A stretch of 64,000 nt of DNA, from contig CM022671.1 of NCBI GenBank assembly GCA_012295275.1, positions 23,250,001 through 23,314,000 on the forward strand, in the 5' to 3' direction. This stretch comes from Chrysomallon squamiferum (taxonomy: Eukaryota > Animalia > Mollusca). The notes under the pieces were generated by a model. The model had not been told where the DNA came from. It was given only the letters and a program-made list of their open reading frames with translations, and searched no databases. Each line of letters begins with the position of its first letter. The stretch's first letter is position 1. Positions 52,690-64,000 of this stretch are shown here, piece by piece. Position numbers and translations under genes: made by a program.

Positions 52690-53572
52690 TAATTACACTG
52701 GGAATGTTGTTTAATTTGTATATTTTTCCGTTATCTCATTTGTAATAGCTTGTAGTAATTTAATTGAATTTTGTTTAAATTTTTTTTTTTTTAATAAGGT
52801 GATGCTTAAAAAAGCCACCTAATAAATAAAACCTGTTTTTAAAGTTTAAAAGATAAGACGGTCATCACCGAGATTGTAAATTTGTGAAATGTCTACTTTA
52901 TCAATCACAAACTGTAAATCACAAAATAATGATGTGCTTAACAAAATATTTGAAAGAATGATACTTTAATTAATAAAATGTCAAGGGATGCACTGATGCA
53001 GTTTTTACAAGATAAATTTTCATATATTTTAAAACAGAACTGACGTTAATTATAGACACTATAGTAATAGAACTGAACGATATTAGAATTTTCATCACGC
53101 AGTTTTATTTCTAGTTTTCGTAACCAAGAAATTTTCAAAAGATTTTATTTAAGGGAAATATGTATGTCTGCCACTTGAAAAACTTTAATATTTTTAAAAG
53201 CAAAAATGAAATAATTTATTACAATAAACATTAATTGAAAAAAAAAAACATTCAAAAGGATATTTTTTATTTTTTATTATGCATCTTTAATTTGCAGTTT
53301 TCGTAACCAATAAAATTTTATAAAATTAATTTAAGAGACTTATATTTGTAATTCCAAAACCTTCATCATTAACAGAGCTACACCAAATTTTTCTTTTTCA
53401 TTATATAATCTGGATTTATATTCCCTACAAAATTAAATTGTTCTTTCAGAAAACATTTTGATGATGTTAGCTCAAAATAACTGAGTGTCGATAATTATTA
53501 ATTTTCATTAATTTAATTCATTTGATTTAATACTTAATTTTTAAATATATGAGCATTAAAAACAACAACAGC

Positions 53573-53605
<33 letters not shown>

Positions 53606-54985
53606 GAAATCCAGCCTTTAATATCTATTCCAAATCTTAAGAAGTTCAAAATCTTATTTATGTAATATTTAACCATGAAATAAAGAAGAAAGTTTTTTCA
53701 AAATCTATTTGTAGAAAGATTCCTGAGATATTCTGCAATTTTCTAAAAGTTTAACATTTCATGTACAAATACTTACGTTGTCACGAAATTAAAAATTTGG
53801 CATGAAACTTCATGAATAAGAAAACAGAATTATTCCTTTGATTCTTTTCAATATTTATGTGGTTGCTTATAATTCTCTCTTTATTTTTCTGCGATGTAAA
53901 ATATTTCCATACATAAATATATATATATATATATCTTTTGCTTGATATCTCCAGTTTTAGTGTTTACATAAAAACTGAAAAAATTATAAACACTATTGGT
54001 ATCGGAATGATATTTATAGAAAACTGTATTTATTTATTTATTTATTTACTTACTTACTTATATATTTATTTATTCATTCATTTATTTGCTTATTTATTTA
54101 TTATATTTATCTATTTATTGTTTTATATATTTATTTACTTACTTATTTTCTTATTTATTCACTTATTTATTTATTTACTTGCTTATTTATATATTTATCT
54201 TTTTATTTATTTATTTTATTTATTTATTCATCTTTTAATTAAATTATTTATTTATTCATATAGTTACTTACTTACATATTTATTTCCTTACGTAGTTACA
54301 TACTTACTTACATACTTACTTACTTACTTACTTACTTACTTATCTATCGATCAAACTATTTTCAACAAAAGAATACATGATGAACCACACCACAGAATAT
54401 TCAGTTACTTTCAAACCGTACGTACTGTGTTGTTATTTTTAAAATAACACGAATACCTATTATCCATCGTGTTCCGTTTTTCGTCAGATACTCCTCTCAT
54501 CAACTCATCAACACCTCCAGTCATAACGTCACCGCTTCGAAACGTTTTCTCAAGATTTTGTTCTCTAAATGGAAATTAAACACCCGAGAACGAAAACTCT
54601 ATAGCAGGAGGTAAATAAACAGTGAGATTCTTTTTAGTCAGAGAAACCAGCTTTTTAGTATAGGATTCCACGACAATTGTTTCTGTAAGCCTCTAAGCGA
54701 TCGTATCGGCAACTTAACATTAACCCCGTTCAAGTACTGACTGCGGTGTAAAGTTTGAGACTTTGTGTGTTGTTTCGGAAAGAAAAGTTTCTCATTGTAA
54801 AAGTGTAGCAGTTTTCTGCTAAGTAGGATGATAGATAACCGTTCTGGTAGGAGTGTATAGTATTGATGAAGGTAAATGTTTTAATGTACAGATTTAATAC
54901 TAATGTAAGTATTAACACAGTTTTTGAAATACGGGTTTAATAATAATGATAATAAACGTTTAATAATATATTAATGATGATGATG

Positions 54986-55019
<34 letters not shown>

Positions 55020-56103
55020 CAACAATAATAATAACTGCTTGATTACTAAAAAAAAAATTATTTTTACAAATTTAATTTTTAACTGAAAATTAAATTTGTA
55101 TATATTCTTAATAAAATTATCTAAGAAAATATTATTAAAAAAACAACAATAAATATTTCTTTTTTATATACATATATAAAAATTATAAATAAATGTTTTA
55201 ATGTGCAGGTTTAATCGGAGAAATAAATAAATAAATATATAAATAAATCGGTAAAAATAAGTAAATAAATAAATAATTTAATTAATAATATATTGTGACA
55301 TACACTTGTTTATCGAAAATTATTCTACATTAAATCCATAATGAAATGAAGATACCAGATTTTTGCATCTTCTTTTCGTCACTGATGAAAACTGAAAAAT
55401 CACTTATTGATATTAAATGAAATATATAAACAGGCAGTTTTAAACTGACAGGTATCTTTTGCCATCACGGATAAACAGTTATTAACGTATTATCTCTTTC
55501 ATTTTTTTTCTTTTTTTTTTTTTTTTTTTATCTTTTTGTTTCTTGATTATGTAAAGATATTGTGTCGACTGCCTTAACTGATTTAGTAATAATGATTAAC
55601 AACATCCAGTCTAGTATCGCGAACATTTTTATCTAACTCGTTGATGGGTTTTTTGGTTTGTTTTTTTCTCAATTAGGCGGGGTGTAAATATTATTTTAAT
55701 TGTCAGTTAAATCTAACATGTTGAGTAACGCATGGAATCTAATTATCACACCAGCGATTAAACACTGCACCACGTTTGTAGCAATTATACGAGTTCAATT
55801 TTGGTACCAGCAGTAAATCAAGGTTTTAAGAGGTGAGGTTTTATGAATGTTATCTGTAGAACTGGAAGCGGTGAACCAAAATGCTTGATATTTTCTTTAC
55901 AGTTGTTGTTTGATAACATTATCTTTCAAAGCGTATATTAGTAAAAAAAAAAAATTGGCAGTATTCTATAATAAAAATAATAAATAAATAAATAAGTAAG
56001 TAAATAAAGAAACAAACAAACAAACAAATAAAGAAAAAAACAAACAAACAAACGGACAAACAAATAATTAAATAAATACATCAAACTTTGTATAATATGT
56101 ATC

Positions 56104-56930
<827 letters not shown>

Positions 56931-57527
56931 AGACATATAATAAAGAAAATACATAAATACACAAATTAAACAAAGTCAGTAATCAAGAACACAAATAAAC
57001 TAACAAAGAGACAGACGAATAAAACAAACAGGGAACAAACCGACACCCACGTTTCAGTCCTTTAATATTTATAACTGATGCCATAGAATGAAACCTCTGT
57101 AGAGTCACATTATAAAATAAAATAAAATTAAATTAAATTAACTTCAGTTCTCTCTGAACACACGCAAACAAGCTGTCTTTGAATTGAAATCTTTGTATAC
57201 AAAGTTAGTCAAATGAAGTGTCACATTATGTATGCAAAGCCGACGCTCCTACTGAATACTCGTTTTCAATTTTAGACAGCTGCTAACAAGATTAGTGTCA
57301 TTCTTTATATTACTTCTCGGAAACCTTCATTTCACTATACACTGCGACAGAGCTACACCATACTGAGCGTTCCATCAGATATTTTATAAATGTACTAAAC
57401 CTTTTTTTTTAATGTTATTTATGTGTTCCACTTTTTGAAATTTCTTCTTCGTCTTTTTCGTCTTCTTATTCTTCTTCTTCTACTTCTTCTTCTTCTTCTT
57501 CTTATTATTATTATTATTTTTATTATT

Positions 57528-57560
<33 letters not shown>

Positions 57561-58185
57561 ATTATTATTATTATTATTATTAATTGTTTTTTTTTTTTTT
57601 AACTGCGGTAGGTGGTAAAAATAAACATTAAAAAAAGAGTGATTTTATTATGGTATTAATTTTTTTTGCGTTTTCAAATATTTCAGATCTAAAACGTACC
57701 GCTGACATTTTTTATTCCCCTTTTTTTTTTTAAATCTAAATTATTTGTTTTACTTTTTATTATTATTAGTATTAGTAGTAGTAGTAGCAGTAGTATTATT
57801 ATTAGTATTATTATCATCATTATTATTATTTTTATTATTATTATTTTTTTTATTATTATTATTTTTCTTTTTATTTATTCATTTTATTTTTAAATTTTTA
57901 TTTTGTTTATTATTATTATTATTCATTTAATAGAGAATGGAAAAAACCCAAACAGTTTGTCACTTTTTATAATGTGTAAGTGTCAAAGTTTTAAAATACC
58001 TGTTACTGTTTATATATTGAAACTGTCAAAGCAAAGAGGTTTCAACACCAATATTTTGTTTTGCTTAAATAATTTTTTTTTGGGGGGAGGGGGACCCATA
58101 AAAAACTGTCCCAGAAGTGGTTTAATTATTAAATACAAACTAAACACGAAGATCAAAATGTTGTGCAGCAGTAATTAAATAAATA

Positions 58186-58945
58186 AATATTCATTTAAAT
58201 ATTTTAATATATCAGATACTTAACTGAAAATATAAATATTTATAATATTAAATAACTAGATGAAATTTAAGAATTTTATAATACTAATAAACAAACAGAA
58301 GAAATTTTAAATATTTTATAATATTGAAAAATAGGTGAATGTTTAAATGTTTTATATTACTAAATAATCAGAGAAATTTAAACGTTTAGTAATACTAATT
58401 AAACAAATAGAAGAAATTAAAATTCAAAATTATAATGCAAAATAAATAACTGGATATTTAAATGTCTTATAATACAAAGTAATTAGTTGAAATTTAAATG
58501 TTTTGTAACGGTAATTAAACAAAAAGATGAAATTAAATAAATAGCTGAATATTTAAATATTTTGTAATGCTAAATAAATAGATAAATATTTAAATATTTT
58601 ATAATGATAAAAAATAGTTTAATATTTTAATATTTTATAAATATAAATAAACAGTTTTATAAAATATTCAAATTTTCAACTATTTTATTCTTTTATTTTT
58701 TACTATTAATATTAATTACATAAACAAATGAAATTTAACTGTTTTATAATAGTAACTTTAATAAATAAATTCATGAAATTTAAATGTTTTGTAATACTAA
58801 TGAGATAAATAGATTTAAATTAAATGTTTTATAATGATAAATAAATATACGACTATTAAATATTACAAAATGCTAAATTAATATACAAATGAAAATATAA
58901 AATAAACAGATAAATAATAATATACTGAATTTTTGTAATTAACTG
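58186..58945. repeat. Old AT-rich minisatellite, period ~36-40 bp, roughly 20 degenerate units
   Basis: Recurring unit resembling GA(T/A)GAAATTTAAATGTTTTATAATACTAA(A/T)TAAACAAA. Unit count estimated by eye. Confidence 0.75.
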
Positions 58946-60648
58946 AGAAGAAATTAAATTGTCATGAACTTAATTTTTAAAATAAATAATTAAAAAATAA
59001 ATAAATAACAAAAACAACAAAAATAAAAAAAACAAAAGCAACTTTAAAAAAGGAATGAAACGAAATAAAAAACCGAGAAAAAATACAAATGAATGAAAGA
59101 ATGAACGAATAAATGAGTAAATGTATTCATGCATAAACAGATGAATGAATGAATGAATGAATGAAAAATAAACATAAATATAGAAAAGTAAATAAATAAA
59201 AAAATAAACAAATAAATAAATAAATACATAAATCCATAAATCCATAAATAAATAGAATGAAATTATGTATTGAAAATCAAATTTATAATAATGGAAGGAA
59301 TATATATCTCAGTATGACACCCGTTAATACGATGAATTAATCTATTTCAAATAGAAATTGTTCCTATCGTTCAATTACAAAAATACATTATCTTTATTTT
59401 TAAATAATTCCTAAAATAATTAAAAATAAATAACCAGTAAACAAAAAACAAAAAACAAGTCATTATGAAATTTTTTAGAGCAAAACAATAACTTATTCGG
59501 GTTTTTCTTTCTCTGTCATGCCAAAATAGCATCATTATTGTTTCTGAATTTTTATATACATAAATATTTTTAAATAATTATTTGCTAAAAATTGGAAGCG
59601 TGAAATGTGTGATTTTAAACTTTAGGAAAATTAATTATTCATTCAGCTCTAAATAATTTCATTAAAAATTATCATTAAATAAAATATCATGGTAAAACAA
59701 AACTTTTCTTAAATAATAATAATAATAATAATTATTATTATTATTATTATTATCGTTGTTGTCGTTGTTGTTAATGACTGTTGTCAATCTTTTCAAAACC
59801 GGTTAAAAGTTATTTTGCTTTAATTATTTCCTTGAAACTTAAATTCATTATATCAACAAATCCGTATCTTTGGCGCTACTTTAAAACTACATGTTCATTT
59901 ACCATCTAATAATGGCAGATCCAAAAGTTTGCAATGAACGATTTTTAATAAATTTAATTTTAGGAAAACTGTTTTTTTACATAATAAGAAACTAAGCAGA
60001 GTTAATCAGATTATAGAAAATAATTTTAAAATTTATCTGAACTTTAGTTGCGACGTTTTGTTTAGTTACTGTTTGTTTTAAAGTTGTTTTTTTTTTTTTT
60101 TTTTTGTCGTTGTTATTCTTTATTTTAATTGTTTGTAGTTGTTGTTGTTTTTTGTTTTGTTTTTTTGTTGCTATGTCGGTTTTTCTTGATTTTTTTTTTG
60201 GGGGGATTTAGTGTAAAGACAAAACAAAACAAAACAAAAGTTTTGTATATATCGTGTATATATCTATGTGTGTGTATTTTGTTTGTATGTATGTATGTAT
60301 GTGTGTGTGTGTGTGTATTCCCTCTAAATAAATTTTTTTATATAAATAACAACTCTCAAATTCATTTAGTTTAATAATATCCATCTCGAACATTTCTAAC
60401 TGACGGCCATTCCAAACAGTGCAGTAAACACACAAACTGTGAAAATAATACACAAATAAAACTATATAAATAAATAAATATTTGTTTCTCATTGAGGTTA
60501 TAACTCAAACGGTATTGAACATAATATTTTTTGTTTTTTTAATAAATTAATTCAGAAAACAGAATACATTCAAGTTCAGACATTCACCTTTAACTCATTA
60601 ATATTAATAATTATCTACAAATGTATGTGCGTTCTGTGTGTGTATCTG

Positions 60649-60688
<40 letters not shown>

Positions 60689-61069
60689 TAATTTACATAC
60701 CTTTTCCTTTTTAAATAACCAAGCCCAAACATTCGTATTTATTCTCTTACTCTATTTTTCTCACAAGTATCCATTATTTGAATTGATTGTATTAAGTTAC
60801 AACTGAGTTTCTGAATCAAAGTCCTGTGGAAAACTTGTGTAAAGGTTTTGTGACATAATTCTCTTGAGAGATGATGGAAGAGAAAAATGGGAAGAAAAAT
60901 CAAGGTAATTATCCTATTATCGTCATACTGAAAACAAATTTATTCTTTTTTTTTTTTTTTTTTTTTAAATCTTTAAAAACTGAAAAATAATAACAGACTA
61001 AAACCCTAGTGTTTATCTCACACGAAAGTTTTGTGAAAACTTTTTTTTTTTTTTTTTTTTGTTGGGTCT

Positions 61070-61460
61070 CCCTCCCCGCTTTCTGCAATTCATAAACCCT
61101 ATAATTAGATTTATGCAATACCGACAACAGCCGCCTGCTACGCATTAAGCCAATTACCAGTGTAAAACAGCGCCGCTGGTTGTCAAAGGTTCCAACAGCG
61201 GGCTAATTACGTATAACTCGTACCCCTTGGGGTTGTCAGGAGAGAAGTATTCGCCTTTGATGAGGGGCGCTATACACCTTCTAACTCGCCCCTCGCTGGT
61301 CCCTTGAATCTCAGCTACCCGACGTCACTCTGGAGATATTCAAACGAAAGACGAGCATTTTAACACTTTTCAACCCACCAGTTGACATCATAAGAGCGCA
61401 AGTGTTTATGTATGCAGTTTGACTTATCTCACGTTGGGCTGTTCTTGTATATTTCAATAT
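61070..61460. promoter_or_regulatory. Candidate distal downstream enhancer
   Basis: GC-richer island with TAATTA/CAATTA sites, a COE-like palindrome ACCCCTTGGGGT (61222-61233), a TCF site CCTTTGAT (61254-61261) and an inverted GAGGGGCG/CGCCCCTC pair. Confidence 0.4.
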
Positions 61461-61578
61461 GGATTTAACAGCGAGATTTGGATATGACGAGAAAGAGAAA
61501 CCGTCTGAGAGAGAGAGAGAGAGAGAGAGAGAAAAGAAAGAAAAAAGAAGAAGAAAGTGAGCCAAGAACAATTAAATG

Positions 61579-61639
<61 letters not shown>

Positions 61640-62017
61640 CTAGAATAGATAAAATGCAATAAAAATTATCTTGCTTGGTCGTAATACTATCATAAATAAC
61701 ACTAAAAGTAATACTATTTTGAATGCATTAAATAAATTATAATTTGATACGTTTTAAAAGCAAGTTATTTTTTTTTTCTTCTCCTTTGCGAGGTACGACT
61801 GATATTTTAAATAAAATGCTCCAGTTTGTTCAGCAACACGTTTTTTTCTTTTTATTCACTTTTCTATTATTCATTATATTTCACCTTAAATTACTTTACT
61901 TCTGTTTACTTATTTTAAATCAGCTGTTTTTCTTTTATTTACTTTCAGTTTTATTGATTTTAATTTTCTTTGTTTCATTTTGTTTTATTTTAGTTGCCAT
62001 TTCATGTGTGTTTATAT

Positions 62018-62056
62018 GCATATATACATACATACATACATACATACATACATACA

Positions 62057-62091
<35 letters not shown>

Positions 62092-62353
62092 TATACACAT
62101 ACAAACATACATACATATTATACACATACAAACATATATAAGTACACACATACATACACCTGACAGGTTTGTGAGGTCGTGATTGGACTTTGTCCTGCGT
62201 CCCAAATATTGTCTAATTGCAGAGTCTAATCAGACGTACATAAAACAGAAAATATTCAGATCCTGAAATAGATACATACATACAGACAAACATACATATA
62301 TACATACACACAAGACATAGATATAGATATGGAAAAATTGTGTGTGTGTGTGT

Positions 62354-62390
<37 letters not shown>
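62018..62390. repeat. (CATA)n and (TG)n microsatellites
   Basis: Seen directly. Confidence 0.93.
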
Positions 62391-62391
<1 letters not shown>

Positions 62392-63819
62392 TCTAAGTCC
62401 TAAGTAATTTTAATTTGCTTTTGATTACAAAATTTGTTTTCTTTATTTATTTGACTTTAGTCTGCTTCATGTTTTTAATATTATTTTTTAAAATTCATTT
62501 TATTATTTTTACTGCTTGATTTATTTTTCCTTGTACATATAACTAAAGTCATTGTGTTTTAATTACATAGTCGCATTCAGGCATTATTTGTATTATTATT
62601 GTTATTATTTATTTATTTATTTTTTATTTATTTTATTTTATTTTTTTTTATTATTTTTTATTTTTTACTTTTATTTTATTTTATTTTTTTTTAACAGAGA
62701 AAGAAAAAATTTTTAATTTTTTTACGTTTTTTCATGAAAATTTAAATAGTTATTTAAGCTTGCATTTATTTATTTATATATTAATTTATTTATTTATTTA
62801 TTATATTTATTTTTCTTAAATTACAATATGTTATTAATATACTATTCGAAAATTAATTTCAAGAAATAAATTAAAATCATTGAAACTACTGGCAGTGCCT
62901 ACTGAACCCGACTATAAATACATATTAACGAAAAAATAATAATATGAAATAACAAGAACATATTGATTAACATGAAATATATTTCAAAGAACACGAACGT
63001 ATTAACTAACTTGAACTAATGATCAAAGAAACGAGGATAAATTACACATTAATCAAACAAGGAATTTCAATATTTGACATACATACTTCATTACGTAACG
63101 GCAACGAATTGATATTTAGTTTGTACGGGGTTCGAAATAAGCCAGGCAGTTTTGTTGAACTGAAAACACTCAATAAAAAGGTTAATATTCTAGTATCGGT
63201 TACAAACTGGCTGAAATTCGTATTAACGGAGACAAATTCTTTTGGTGCAAATCATAATAGCGTAACAGAGTCACCTGAAAGCTGTTTTTGTCAGTGCCGT
63301 GCGTTCGCAGACTTTTGATTACATTCCGCACAAAAGAGTTCTTCTTCAAGGGGTGTCACTCGCTGATCTCGGCACAGAGGCTTGAGAGGATTAAGTGAAA
63401 GGAGCAATTCCGGACAGGTCGTCATTGTTGAGTTCTTTCACCATCGCGAAAATCCACATCATTTGCATTTTACGCGTGTATTCAAATGCTCGACAAAGGT
63501 AGATTTTTTTTTTTGTTTTGTAAGTGACTTTTTCCATTTCGAGTGTTTTCGGGACAAAAAGCGCCGGAGTTTTTTTTTAATGTTTTTTTTTTTTTATTCT
63601 TTTTTTTTCTTTTATAAAAGTGTCAGTTATACCGTAGACGTAGACACGAAGTCGCCAACACGCGCGGGCCTCGCATCGCGCTGAATAAAGTCAATTGATT
63701 TCAAACTGAATAAGAAATATTGCTTGTCTTGCAAAAGGAAGCACTGGCACCTACTAAAAGTTTAATAAAAGTCGCGTGTTAATTGAAACCAGCAAACAAG
63801 AAGATTTCAGAAATTTATT

Positions 63820-63854
<35 letters not shown>

Positions 63855-64000
63855 CACAGAATTCAAATCCATATTACATTTGTGTTCCTGATGATTCACA
63901 ATTCATGCATTATAACCGACGCTGATCATGTGATAAATACATCGTGTCATTTAAAAATAAAATTTAAAAGTATAAGATGAAACGGATACGACGTCGGCTT

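Noticed and set aside
61296-61318. Resemblance to mature miR-133 (ctggtcccttgaatctcagct)
   Set aside because: Several mismatches and indels, including in the seed, for a miRNA that is nearly invariant. I see no matching precursor arm.

Overview
AT-rich, microsatellite-dense animal genomic DNA. Composition and repeats suggest an invertebrate, possibly a mollusc or other lophotrochozoan, but that is inference. The only protein-coding gene I can support is the 3' part of a LIM-homeobox gene of the Lhx1/5 (Lim1/lin-11) class on the + strand. It has four GT-AG-bounded exons: 5850-6481, 29639-29807, 38680-38823 and 40467-40657. They splice in frame into a partial protein of about 378 aa with a long Ser/Gly/Asn-rich linker, a complete Q50 homeodomain split by a 23.2-kb intron, a Tyr/Phe-rich activation region and a C-terminal ...SEVW*. 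The LIM-domain exons must lie upstream of the window. Almost all ORFs in the supplied track are artefacts of simple repeats. The rest of the window is intron, a candidate 3' UTR (possibly to ~44.37 kb) and a gene-free flank. CpG-richer islands that look like cis-regulatory modules alternate there with microsatellite blocks. I found no convincing new multi-gene system. The best leads are protein motifs (a beta-TrCP-type degron DSGIDT and a SUMO site), clustered K-box/miR-2 and miR-8 seed matches in the UTR, a possible alternative last exon, and several repeated enhancer-like motifs.
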